Under the pieces are notes generated by a model. The model did not search any database. It worked only from the letters and a program-made list of their open reading frames with translations, and had not been told where the DNA came from. Positions 23,801 to 37,000 of a DNA stretch of 64,000 bases are shown piece after piece. The translations under genes were made by a program, and so were the position numbers. The stretch lies in the NCBI GenBank assembly GCA_043228905.1, contig JBHGNT010000001.1:33728001-33792000 (forward strand), written 5' to 3'. The stretch's first letter is position 1, and each line of letters opens with the position of its first letter. This DNA is from Azolla caroliniana (taxonomy: Eukaryota > Plantae > Polypodiophyta).

Positions 23801-26008
23801 CAAAGGCCAATTTTACTTTGTCGCAAAGAGAAGCGTAACTTTTTACTTATTTATTGACATGTGCTATTTCTTGCCTTTGCAGGATGATGATGAGGCAGAT
23901 ACAGTTGGTTGTTGTTCTTTGAAAGTAGAGCATGTGTCGCTTGTTCCACCTAAATCTCTTCAAGTATACCTCCTAAGTTAGATTGCATTTTCCTTACAAT
24001 TTGTTGACTCGACACTGAATGTGATTTTGTTCTTTCTACAGTTTGATTTCCTGGGAAAGGACTCGATCAGATATTTCAATGTTGTTGAAGTTGAAGAAGC
24101 TGTTTATAAAGCTGTTGGCGAATTCAAAAAATGTTAGCATGCATTCTTTTTTTCTTTCTTCTATTTCTGTGTTCCTTCCATCTGGGGATAAAATCATCGA
24201 TTTCAAATTTGATTATAAAATGAATATTTCAAATGGGCTCCCAACCAGGAAATTATAAAATGGTTAAAATAAATCGGACAATAGTAATTTCTTGTGCACG
24301 TAGGCCTGGCCTCGTGGACCATGTTGTCATTGACAGGTAAAGGCCATTATCTCCTGCCATTGCAGGTTCTTCCCTCGCTTCAGAGACTTCTCCATTCTGT
24401 ATCAACTTAGGCTAAAGATATTTTGAATATCTAACTTGAGAATCTTACCTGTATAGACGATTAGATTCTTTAGTCACGTCTTATTCTATTTCTATTTACT
24501 TAGTTACATTTGTTTTTCTCAAAGACGAGACAACATTTTAATATGTAATCTCATGTTTGGTCTTATAGGGCCATTTTGACCTCTTAAAAAGACGTTAACA
24601 TTTCTTTCTTTCTAAACAGCGAAGAAAAGTGGTGATGACCTATTTGACAAGTTAGATACAAGCAAATTAAATGCACATCTAAAGAATATTATGCCACAGC
24701 TTACAGCCAAAGTTTTTCGTACATACAATGCATCAATCACCTTGGATACATTGGTATGTATGGATAACATCTCATTTTGAGGATAATTGTTCAATTCCCT
24801 TACATTTACTTTGTTAAGTCTTTATATATATACATATATGTTCCCTCTTTGCATTCAGCTTGTGGACACGGATGGGCAAACTGTACCAGAAAAGCTTGCA
24901 GCATATCAGTGGGCTAATAAGGAGGTTTTCTTCTTCTCTTACTTTTCTCTCTTTTGGAACCCAAGTTGACACCTTTCTCTATCTACTGGAAACTAAATTG
25001 AGGATTGCACTTAGGCACATCCAAATAGTGATGAAGACTTGTTTAAGTCCTTAATCTTTTCAATTCTGTTGATCTTTCATGACATTTATTCATCTTTGAC
25101 AAACTTTTCATTAATTTCCTAACTATGATACAGGTAGCTATCCTGTGTAACCATCAAAGATCTGTTTCTAAATCACATGGAGCACAGATGGAAAAGCTGG
25201 AAACCAAAATGACAGAGCTAGAGGTACAAATTTTAAATGTTCACTTTGCAATTATAGAAGCCAAAAATGACAGCTCGAGGTATTAATTTTAAATCTTGGC
25301 TTATTTGCAATTATAGATGCTAAAAAAGTTACTCGAAATTTTTCTTTTGACCAGGAATTGTTACAAGAGCTGCGCACTGACTTGTCTAGAGCTAAGAAAG
25401 GCAAGCCTCCTCTCAAGGATGCCGATGGAAAACCGAAACGTAACCAGAATCCAGAGGCGTACGTTATATAACTGTATTTGTTTTGCTGATCACTTTGGTT
25501 GCTGTTAATCAGGAGCCTTGTTATGTTATAGCTTCATAAAACTCTAGAGCTCTCTTTCACCATAACAGGGAATGGCCATTTTGGTTAATCCTTTGTGTTT
25601 GGCTGAAGGTCAAGTAAGCTTATTCATCACTTGTTGCACAGGCTTCAGAAGAAGATAGCACAAACAGAGCACAAGATAGAGAAAATGAAGCTGGACATGA
25701 GGATCAAGGATGATCTCAAAACTGTTGCACTTGGTACATCCAAGATTAACTATATGGATCCTCGAATCACTGTTGCATGGTGTAAACGGCATGAAGTTCC
25801 GATTGAAAAGGTCTCATCCTCACTAATCCTTAACTGGATTCTCTATATAATGCAGTTCAATCAGATAGTAAAAATTGATCAATCTATATATGGATGGAAC
25901 TATTGAAGATTTCATTTTTTGGTTTTACCTTTTTGACAGATATTCAACAAATCTCTTCTTGCAAAATTTGCATGGGCAATGGATGTGAGCATGGATTATC
26001 GATTTTAA
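20872..26008 (+). CDS. TOP1: DNA topoisomerase I (type IB)
   Basis: 15 coding exons (approx.): 20872-21997, 22075-22269, 22359-22439, 22530-22589, 22798-22892, 23315-23471, 23563-23688, 23883-23963, 24042-24132, 24620-24753, 24859-24924, 25134-25223, 25355-25458, 25642-25810, 25940-26008. Motifs: [63 protein letters not shown], catalytic GTSKINY. Start codon uncertain (frame is open from 20698). Confidence 0.96.
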
Positions 26009-29000
26009 TGTTTGGGAACAATCAGCTAGAGAACAAGTTGATTGCCCCCTAGTCTCTTCTGACAAGGAAGCTAACACAGATTGATAGTCTTGGTGACATT
26101 GACAAAAGCGACATTGATCTGTAAGTACAAAGTACCCTTCCATGGGGCTTTTTATTAGTGTCATTATCATCTAATTTTTTTAGTGAAAAAAGCTCAAAGA
26201 GTAATTGTTATCTGAGAAGAGGGTTTGTTAAAAACAAGCTTGGGGGAGTTCATGGGGCGGGCACCAATACAAAATGTAAAGTTTTTGCCCAACAACAAAG
26301 TAGTCGGAAAATCCAAACATTCTTGATCTGCAATGCAGATCGATTTTTATCTGAGTGTTTTATGGATGCAGAAAAAAAGAGAGACTGGAGGAATGTGTTG
26401 AAAGAACCAAAAGGATCGCAATGTATTATCCTCCTTGTATTCCCCCCTTATTTTCTTATGTCATATTATAAATGGATTATTTTTTTGATGGTCTCAACAA
26501 GTAGCAGTATCTCAATATTATTCAGTAACACAACTTCCATCCTAAACCACATTTCTCTTCTAAGCGTAGTTCCTTTCAGATTTACTAAAACATCATGTAT
26601 TGTTTCTTAAATACCCGTCGAGTGTTTGAATTTTAAAAAGTGATGAGAGGAATGTACTGGACGAACCCAAGCATGTATCTTCCTGTTTTGTTTGTCATGA
26701 TAGATGAGATATTGTTCAATGGTGTCCTCGGAAGTATCTCAAGATATAATCACAGATGATACTACACTATCCTCCTAAACTGTAACCCTAGCATTTAGTG
26801 TGTTTGGATTAACAGACACAACAGGGAGGAACTGGCTGAAGAAACTAAATGTCCTTGTGTTTCCTTCCCATAGATGATTATAGGATGGTTGTCCACCAAC
26901 ACCACAAAACCTTAAACCCTAAACCTAAATCTGTGAGCTGTAAACTTGTATGACACATTTGATACAACTTCCACTATAAACTTAACATTATTTTTAGCAT
27001 AGCGTAAAACCTAATACTATATGCCCCACATCTGCTCATATGATATAACGTTTCATGCCAATCCTTAAAACCTGCTCATATGATCAAATTGATTTTAAGT
27101 TGTAAACCGATACTTACCTTAAATGAAATAAAATGTCACTGAATAGTGTACCAAACTTCTTTGGTGGTTGTCATTGCAATTGTAAGCTACTCTAGAGTAA
27201 GAAAGAATACAATATTTGATTCTTTTGTTTTTTCTCAAATTATTTTTCAATGTCTTAATGGGATCAATACTTAAGTTATAGCTCTTTTATGTGTACACCA
27301 AACCGTGATTGTTCATAGTTAATAGTTTGCAGAAACAAGAGAGCTTTATTGTAACTTTACATTATAAATGATTGTATTCCTACATGAATATGCTAAGTTC
27401 ATAAGTTCTTAAGATGATGGTCAACCCTTCACATTTCTTTCTTTTGATGGAGAGTCTCTTCTCATCCTCCAGTGTTTGACATCTTTTCATAAATGTGATT
27501 TTATCTAAGAATGTTTCGACAAACATGTAGTGTTGATGGGAGTCCATAGTTTTTAAATGGGCAAAAAAATAGTTTGTTTCGTTCCCTTTATCTAAAGTAA
27601 CCAACATGCGATAGATTGTGGGAACATCTAAAGTATCTTATGTATTATATTGAAGGCATCACTTTGATTGTACATTAGCATATGATATAATGTCTTAGTT
27701 TTACCTTACTACAAATAACCATGATTGTTTCTAGAATGATTTGTTCTAAGGCCTATAGTATGCACAATTGATTGCAACATAAATTCAACCTAGTCTATAA
27801 AACTTGGGGTTTATTGTGGAAGGTAACACTATTTCCTGGATGTGATCTCCTTTACTAATCCTTTTTTGCCTTGTCTACATGCTAAAACTACTCCATTAAT
27901 TTCTGAAGAACCTTCAAAAAGGGAAAAGTGGGTGCCATGTGAACAATAATCCCAAGCATTTTTACATTTTTTAAATGTTTGAATATTGAATTCTCATAGA
28001 ATACATAACATAATGGTAGACATGGTTTGAGACTTTGAGTTATTTCTAAAGCCAACAGGTCATCTACTTTTTACATTAAATTAATAATTTTAGACCCCCA
28101 TTTCACGCCATATATTATGTTGAATCTTCGGTGAGCTATTGAAATGCTCTAAATTTCTCCGTTCTCATTTGCTGAAAATCTGTGCTATGCTATGATATGA
28201 TAATGGCTTTGAAAAATAAATACATTAGCTCTATTAATCTTGAGAAGAAAGATCCAACTGGAAAAGCATGTGAAGTGTACATAGATTATGCAGCCTTATG
28301 TTTCTATTTTGCGATGGCAATTCATCGCATTACTATGTTGCATTGATGGCAATCATGCATCATTACCTACACACCTCGTCATCAATGATATACACTTGCA
28401 ACATTTGTTCTACATTTATGATGTCAATAGCTAGAAGTTTGTGACCATGTCTTATCAATGTAATCTTTTTTTTTGCCATAAATAATGGCTTTCACTGCGA
28501 AGAAAAAAACACCACCAAAACTAACTTACTACACAGCCTAGAACCCTTCTAGGCATCTATATACTACAAGAACTCCAAACTCAATGCCACCCTACATGCC
28601 AATTCAAATGTCATGTAATCCCTCTCTCCCACAATACATGAAAAGCTTCAACCCTCACCCATGATAGATTGTGTTTCGAGGTTTACCTAGAATATTATTG
28701 ACTCATTTATGAGAAGGATACATGCATGCCAAGTTCATTACGATGTTTCATGCACATATATAATGGAGTTTATTGCTTAGGAATATAAGAAAATAGAAGA
28801 GTATGAGAACACAAATAAACTAATATGATGTAAGCCTAACGTGTTTAGAAAGTTAGACAAGAGTACCATCACTCATCACAAAAACCTTTTTAAAAGTTTG
28901 AGCACGCGCTCACACACACACAAACATAGGAGAGTGGTATGTATAATGTGAATGAAAAGAAGATAAACAATGGCATGCCACTTGCTACCTCATAAGAGTT

Positions 29001-29049
29001 CTATGGCATAAGGATGGTCGTATCGAATGGATGCATGTTACCATTTTAT

Positions 29050-29053
<4 letters not shown>

Positions 29054-29091
<38 letters not shown>
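29054..29091. repeat. (GA)n microsatellite
   Basis: pure GA dinucleotide run. Confidence 0.9.
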
Positions 29092-29092
<1 letters not shown>

Positions 29093-29304
29093 AAGATGGT
29101 GATATGATATTTTAAGTTCCTTGAAACACAAGAAAAACATGACTTATCATACCCCGATCGACGACACATGCATGTGCAAGGCTCATCATGTTTTCTTTCA
29201 CGTCATGGCTTATGATTGAGCAGAGGGTGCTAGACTAGAAGAGAGCATATATCATCCATTCCCGACATGTGCTCTGTCGCATGGTTGACAAGCCAAAGCC
29301 TTTG

Positions 29305-29500
29305 TTCGTGCATTGTTATATGTATATTCTTCCCAGGTTTGGGCATGCAGCGGTAATCATCAATGATTATTACAAGGATCTTATGGATTACTGCTGCCGA
29401 GAGGCCTCTATTCGTGCATTATGTATGTATACATAAGCTTCTGAGGTTCGGTCGAGTTGCGGTAATCATCAATGATTATTACGAGGATCTTATGGATTAC
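29305..29500. repeat. ~105-bp-period degenerate tandem duplication upstream of PLMT
   Basis: gcggtaatcatcaatgattattac.aggatcttatggattac occurs twice, each preceded by ttcgtgcatt. Confidence 0.85.
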
Positions 29501-29957
29501 GGATGCAATGTAGCGAGTGGCGGCAATGGGATGGGTAGGCAGGCGGGCGAGCTGAGAGAGTCACAAGCCATTTGGTTTGTGTGTGTGTGTGTCCCATGAA
29601 TATATGGACATGATTCGTACGTAAAACTCGTGTTCGTCTAGCATAACATTCGTTTTCCTACGTTGGAAAACGAATGAGAATGTTATTCAAACATTCTTGT
29701 GTTTTTTTTTTCCCATTTGTTTTTCATTTATTAGGCTTATTTACCTCATAATAAATAGTTAATCCAAAAGTATACTATTTATCATTCGTTGAGGGTACGT
29801 ATGCGAATGCGAATGACCGTATGTTACGTATGGTTCATACTACGGACATGAACCATCCATCCCAAAGAAAGAAAGAAAGAAGAGGAGCTCTGCCTCTCTG
29901 CGGCTGCTTCTGCTTCTGCTTCTTGCTTCTCGCTTCTTGCTTCTCTGTGGCTGAGAT

Positions 29958-30277
29958 ATGAGTGGCGTCGCGCCGCCTGTCCATGGCTTCACCGCCTCCT
30001 CCTGCGTCTTCTTCCTCTCCACCTCCTTCTTCATCCTCCTCCCTTTCTTCTTCTATTGGTTTCTGTGGACCCACCCGCAGACATGGGTGGATCACTGCTG
30101 TGGCACCGGCGGCGTGGTGGACCCCTGCCGTCGCATGGCCCATATCTCCCATCTCCTGAAGCTTGGCCAGATCTTGGCCGTCGCCTCCACTGCTACCCCC
30201 TCCTGGCCCCTTCCCCTCTCCTCTGTCCTGCTCCTCCTCGCCGGACAATTCCTCAATCTAAGGTTAACCCTCTAAAT

Positions 30278-30335
<58 letters not shown>

Positions 30336-31240
30336 TTAGGTTGATCAATTGTGTACTCTAAATGCATATGATTTGTTCTTCTGTTGGTTCATCTTCATGT
30401 CCATATATATATATATATATATATCATTAGGTTGATCAATTGTGTACTCTAAATGCATATGATTTATTCTTCTGTTGGTTCATCTTCATTTCCATATAGG
30501 TTCCTGTCTTCAGGGTTCCTATAGCTCCAGTGTTTACTGAACCACGTCTTATTCAAATTTGTATTTTTTATCATCGTCTTTTGGGTTCCGCAGCCATAAA
30601 AAATTTCTAAATGTGGTTTAAGCAGAAGAAATTTCTTGTCTTTTGTTCGTGAATCAGAAGTTTAGGAATCGTGTTTCAGCAGGAGATTCTCTCTTTTGTT
30701 ACTGGATCAGAAATCCGGGTTTTAGGACTTAAACATCATATTTTTGTTTTTTTTTTTGTTCTGAATGTAAGTGAGGATCTAGAATCCATTTTTTCTTGTA
30801 TTTTTTAATGTTCTATTCTGAAAGCAAAACTTGGATTTCCATTTAATTAAATTCGAACAAGAAATGTTAAAGTTTTTTTACTTAAGTATGTGTATATATA
30901 TATATATATATAAATCCTTTGCTTACAGGATCACCCTAGCTACTATTTTAAGTCTTTTTCTCTTCACTTTCAAACATACAGGGTATACCAACTACTGGGT
31001 GAAGATGGTGTCTATTATGGAGTACGTTTCGGTAAACAAATACCATGGGTTCATGAGTTTCCTTTCGGGTATATGAGGGATCCTCAATATGTTGGTAGTT
31101 CTCTAAGCTTATTGGGTTGCCTTTGTTGGGTGCCATGGCCTTATGTGCTCATTTGGATCCTGGGCTACCTATTTATGAGCTATGTGGAAAGTGCCGAGGA
31201 TATTTCATCTCGAGCAAAGCTTCCGAAGATATCAGGCTAG
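29958..31240 (+). CDS. PLMT: Phosphatidyl-N-methylethanolamine N-methyltransferase (PEMT family)
   Basis: Exons 29958-30262 and 30982-31240 join in frame (AG|G). Peptide: LPFFFYWFLWTHPQTWV...DPCRRMAHISHLLK...GQFLNLRVYQLLGEDGVYYGVRFGKQIPWVHEFPFGYMRDPQYVGS. Confidence 0.92.
30277..30497. repeat. (TA)n microsatellite plus ~90-bp tandem duplication in PLMT intron
   Basis: tcattaggttgatcaattgtgtactctaaatgcatatgattt...catcttcat.tccatata occurs twice, each preceded by (TA)n. Confidence 0.9.
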
Positions 31241-32021
31241 GTATCCATTGTGCTTTTGATCCTCATCTGTAGATAAAATCATCCATAACTTTCTTGTTAT
31301 ACTAATGTGAGAGAAACATGTTCGATGTTAATGAAGGACATTTTTCAAGGGAAATAAACTGGTCTTTGTAAAAACTACACAAAGATGATGCGAACAGGTA
31401 GTTTTGGCAAAATAGTTTGGCCTTTTTCTTCCTTATTTATGAGAGTTTTAGCTTTGAAGCCTTTTTATTGTGAATGTGTGATTTATTGTATGTGCCCTTT
31501 CTTCATTGTGTGATTGGCATTAAATCTCCATGTCAGGCATCATTGGATATTTCAGCATAAAGAGGGCCAAAGATGCCATAATGAAACCGAAGCATTGTAA
31601 GACCCATAGCCCAAACCCTAGAAATTGTGGCGTGGTGCAAGATCATAGCTTCTGTAGAACTGGAGCTATTTATGGGATCTAGGGTCTGGGTTTAGAGCCA
31701 GAGCAATCTTGCGCAAAAGATTTGACCCTAACTCCATAGCTTGCAACATTTATACCCTTCTTTTAGAGTTTGAACCATGGGATTCTCTTGTAACTCTATT
31801 ATCAGGTTTCGTAGATCATGTTTCTGGACTTCTAAGGATGCTAAGATATCATTATTGTCTACAAAGACACTGAAGCAAAGGCAATGAAGTGATGGCACCT
31901 ATCTCAGCTAGATATCATCTTGTGCAAGCTTACTGTAGCTCTAATAAACCACCACAATGCAAGAGGAAGAATCAGGATAGGTTTTAGTCAAAATAGAAAT
32001 GAATGCGGAGGAATCAAAGGT

Positions 32022-32231
32022 AAGGAAGAAGCTAGGAATTAGCAAAAACCAATGCATGTATAAAGAGTATGACCAAGGAGACAAGGAAGAAGCCAAGAAT
32101 TAGTAAACACCAAAGGAATAATTAGGAACCGAAGAGATAAGGAAGAAGCTAGGAATTAGCAAAAACCAAAGGGATGTATAAAGAGTATGACCAAGGAGGT
32201 AAGGAAGAAGCCAAGAATTAGTAAACACCAA
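32022..32231. repeat. A-B-A-B higher-order tandem repeat (~59-bp monomer, ~118-bp dimer)
   Basis: aaggaagaagctaggaattagcaaaaaccaa at 32022 and 32139; aaggaagaagccaagaattagtaaacaccaa at 32083 and 32201. Confidence 0.9.
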
Positions 32232-32585
32232 GCATGGATAATGAGTAAGAGTTGACCAATGATTGGGGATGGCGATACCACTCTTTGTGTTTGCTAGCAT
32301 GCCACTTTTCTTGCTTAGTAAATCCAAGAGTGCTTTAGTTAAGTGATATCCTAATATAAGTAGTATGTGAAGGAGTAATCAATATTTGGGCAATAACGAA
32401 ATAATGCTTTCTCAATCAATCAAGATTTGGGCACAATACACAAAAAAGTGACAATCTTAAAGTTTTTCTTAATTTTTACTAAAATTATTATAATCAGAGC
32501 AACAATGTCAATAAATTTAGCATTAAATGATCAAAGTTGCTTTAAGGTAATCAAAGTTGTTGCTAGTTCATACAAGCTTGCTTCC

Positions 32586-32780
32586 AAATTATAACTAGAA
32601 TTAGTAAATTAATTTTTAATTATTGGTTAAAGAATATGCATGCATTTTATCTCAAGATCTATGGGATAATTCAAACAAAGCATGTAAATTATAACGACAA
32701 TAAATTAATATTTAATTATTGGTTAAAGAATAAGCATGCATTTTCTCTCAAAACCTATGGAATAACTCTAACAAAGCATA
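32586..32780. repeat. ~100-bp AT-rich tandem duplication
   Basis: aaattataac...taattattggttaaagaata.gcatgcatttt.tctcaa..ctatgg.ataa...aacaaagcat occurs twice. Confidence 0.85.
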
Positions 32781-33911
32781 TACACATATTTCCCCCCAAC
32801 CCCAAGTTTTCTTTTATACATATGAACGCCCGTATTGTTTTTATATCTCCCCAATTGAGATCGTCAAACCCCTCTCAATGAATTACAGGTGCAAATTGAG
32901 GAATTTTGATAATGGTCAATTCAATCTTGCCATTTTCTTTGTATAATAGTAAATCCATTCCCCTTCTCGTTTTTTGGTTAAGATATTATGTATGTTAAAA
33001 CCTTGTGACAATACAAAAAACAACCATTGTTGATCCTACTACAATATTCCCTCCACGGAAAATGTGGTTGTAGGGCTTACTTTTGGAAACTTTCCTTTCG
33101 GCCTACGTACTTGATGCAGTCTGTACTCCATGAAAACAATGAATCAAGAACCCACTTATACTTCATGATCCTCAATAGTTTCCTCTATGAACAACGCCTT
33201 TTTGCAACACAAATGATACATCATCATGTGACAAAACATTGGAGGCTCCTATCACACATTATGTTGCATTGGTTGCACCTAATTGCAAAACCATATTATT
33301 TGCCAAACAAGGAAACCATATGCATTGGTATATGTTAGAGCCCACCTTGTTGTTAGTAATCCAAACCATTGTTTTCACACGACTTCATTCACTTGCTTCA
33401 ATGTGAGATGGGACCATGAGACTAGTTAACTATATGCAATTTGTCCTAAACAAGTTCACAAGTTTAAGTATGCCACTTTGATACAATGCTTTGCCTTTGA
33501 TCATATTCACCTATGGTTTCCCCACATCTTCCAGTGAACCCAAGCTTCCCACGATTTCTCTCATCAACCACAATGTCTACTCTCGATTATGATATGCATT
33601 ATCAAAGCTTGCAAGAACATTAAGAGTTTGCGACTCACTTTCACATGGCATACGTGAAATCGTTATGTTTTCGGAATGAGAGGTTACATTTGGTCTGCGA
33701 ACACGATTGTGAAATCTATCTACTCTCTCTCTCCCCACTCCTTTGACGTGCAAATGTTTTGATTTGTTGTAAGTTTGTGACAACTTATGGGAAGCCTATA
33801 TTCGTAAATTCCCCAAATTCATCACCACCACCACCATCATAATACTGCTTCTTCTTCTTCTTCTTCTTCGAGGTAGTGAGTAGTTCTGTTGTTGTGACCC
33901 TCGCCATAGCC

Positions 33912-33970
33912 ATGGCTGCAGCGTACAAACCATTCCTCTTCACTCGGCTCGGCTCAGGTATGCGCACGCA

Positions 33971-34037
<67 letters not shown>

Positions 34038-37000
34038 AGACGCACATAAACACACCGGACTTGCTCCTCCTCCCTCTCGTTTTTCCACAGTAAACAGTTT
34101 ATTCTCTTGTATTTTTCTAAATTTTCTAGATATCTTTGTACCGTACAATTCTCTGGTTACACAAGGAATATCTTCACGCCTTGAGAGATCAAAATCGTGC
34201 GAGCTTGTGTGAACCATGATCTTATCGTCTTACTACTCAGCTTTGAGGAAGCATATGACAAAGTTGGTGTGGAGCTTCACAAAGAACTGGCCTCCCTAGT
34301 ATATGGATCACTTATGAGTATTGCACACTATATGTTGTATGGTTCGCTGAGAGATGAAATGATCAATCTGAGTTTTGTCTGGTGAAACAATGATATTCAA
34401 GCAGGCATTTCTTCCAAGAAATGGAACATGGTAGATAATATCATCCATGGATTATATATTAACATACAATATGCACAATTGACAAGGAGATGAGTGATAA
34501 TTCAGGAGACTTCAAAGTTCATTAGAATGGACCTCAAGGAAATGCCTTTAAGTTAGACGTGTCGACTTTCATGGCCATCAGTATACACTAGTCAGCATTA
34601 TAATCCTCTATATTGGATTGTCATTGAGTCCTTTATTGTGATTTGCAATACACTTCCATTATAAAATCTTTTCATATAAGGTAGTCTGATATAAATATAT
34701 AACGTCTTTGAAACCAGAAATGACTGAAAAGCTCTTTGTAAACAAGAGTAATGTGAAAGCTTTGGGAAAGCAGGAGTGACTGGAATATGTTTCCGATTAT
34801 CAGACTCCTTGATTGTAAAATTGGACTACCAGAGATGGATAATTATAAGTTGAGATCCAGAGTCATTGCAGAATTTTTGAACAATGATGTGGCAAGCTGT
34901 GGGACAAGAGGTTTGGTCATGTGAAGTGACCCCCAGAGGTGACCAGGAACTGTAGAAAAAAGAGGCCTTTATCCAATCTCGGACAGGTTCCCTCAATTAG
35001 TAACTCTACAGGAAAGCAACATTTTCTGATGTGCATTCAAAATTCCTAGGATTTGATGGAGGGGAATCTAAAGTGGCCTGGCAATTGCTGAGAAACCTGC
35101 ATGGAGAAGTTTAAAATGCAGGAAAAGAGTGTCCTTAATAAACAGTAGAACAAAGAAAATGCTTTTATGGCAGGGTTTGAAGGGGGGGATCATGGGGTTT
35201 GTATGGATTTCATGGAGGTGAAACGGGAAGACAGGAACAGTAAAGCTTCTAGAAGAAGGATCCTTCAATGATTAATGCATATAATATAAAGCCCTGTTTT
35301 CTTATAAAAAAGACAGAAAAGGAAAGACAAAAAAAATAGTGTCTTTTTTAGACTTGTTAAAAACATTTATTGTGGTGTGCATCTTTTCTGTATCTGTTGA
35401 CTGTCCCTTCCTCTAATTTGCAAGTCATTCAATGTATTTGGCAGGCATAGGACTATTCTTGAGTGAGGACAGTTGTTTGAAACTTCTATCAAAGAAGCAT
35501 GTAAAAGGAGTCAGAATTGCTTCAGAATTTGTGCAGACGTAAGGCATCATTTCTATTTCCATGGAGAATTTATTGATGCAATACATTAGTACTGGTGTTG
35601 AATAGTTTTTTTTTTGTTCTACTGTTCAAAATTTCTAGTTTTGTCTCTCTCGTTTCTTTTATTCCTCTCCACACATAAAATTCTTGTCTAACCATTCTTT
35701 GTACTTCACGTCTCAGTTTGTCTAATTTCTCTTAAGTTTTCTTCACTAAAGATTAAATGAACATTTTAATCATTCAGAACATATATGCAGCTTTTGTTCT
35801 TTAAATATTTGAAATTACATTGCAAATGTTTTCACACCAAGCTTCAATCAACTATCCATTGAGCGGTATGAATAGGATACCTTTTACAAATGCTATCCAT
35901 AGAGCAGAGAGGCTAAGCATTCCTTGGTCTAATGTTTGAAGGGTTGGCTTCAGTCCTATTTTGAAGCACAGCCTTACTGTTTTTGCCCAGAAGATTGAAA
36001 GTTTCAAATATTTGTTTGCAGGCTCCATAGCAATCAGTTCACAGCGTTGTGTATCTCACGAGGTTAGCTTCAATCTTGCAATCATTAGTATCCTGAGAAG
36101 CATTAACTCATTGATTTCCAGCTTTAACAATGTATCCGTCCACTATCATGTTCATACACTATCTCTCTATTCTTAAATTGATGCAGCCAAAAAACTCCAT
36201 ATACAGACAACTAAGTGCAGATCGAATGCTGCTGATATGGATGAACGTTCATTCAACCAATTTCGAAATGACAGCATGGACCCTAAAGATTCAACTACTG
36301 TGCGTCAGCAAGAAATTTCATTGGCAGACATGGGCATGACATCTATGGGAATGAGTGAACAGGAATCCGATGATTCCATAACTTCGGAAGCATCTACTTC
36401 TTTCAGCTCTGAGGATTTACTATTAAGGTCATTTTCAGGCAAGAAGCGGTTCAAGAACAGATTTCTAATTTTGGCAAAACTAGGTACAACTGTGAAGAAA
36501 CAGCTCGAGTCTTTCTTCAGGAGTGAAATCAGGCAACGAGCCCTAGTTACACTTCTAATGCTTATTGCCATGCGTGCTGGCCATTTCATACCTCTCCCAG
36601 GATTTGACCGGCGTTTCATGCCAGGAGATTACCTTGTGTATCCGACAGGTGCATAATACCTCTTTTATTTGCACAGTCGCTGTATTGAAGACAGTCTCAT
36701 GTAAAAACTGGCTTATTTTTCACTTTTTTTATAAAGTTGACTTAGAGCCATTTTTTGATTTACAGAAGGAACTGGTGACCTTGTGCCAGAAATGAGACTA
36801 TCTCTTTTTCAGCTTGGTATAGGACCATACATGGGCGCCTCCATTATCATGCAGGTTCCATCTTGATCAAGGATCTTTAATAAATGAATTGGTATTTTTC
36901 ATGCAGCTCTAGCTGGACCTGATAAATGAAATGAAGGGATATGCTAGGGGTCTAGAGGATTGAGTAATAAAATGTTTGAAAACAATTCAGAATTCAGTGT

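Noticed and set aside
26905-26930. Telomere-like aaaccctaaacctaaa
   Set aside because: Only 2-3 imperfect units; common in plant DNA and not an interstitial telomere array.
29835-30361. Overlapping ORFs around PLMT exon 1
   Set aside because: By-products of a GC-rich first exon and microsatellites.
32022-32231. CRISPR-like repeat/spacer pattern (31-bp repeats, ~25-31-bp linkers)
   Set aside because: Linkers 1 and 3 are near-identical, the repeats are not palindromic, the context is eukaryotic and there are no cas genes; it is a tandem repeat.
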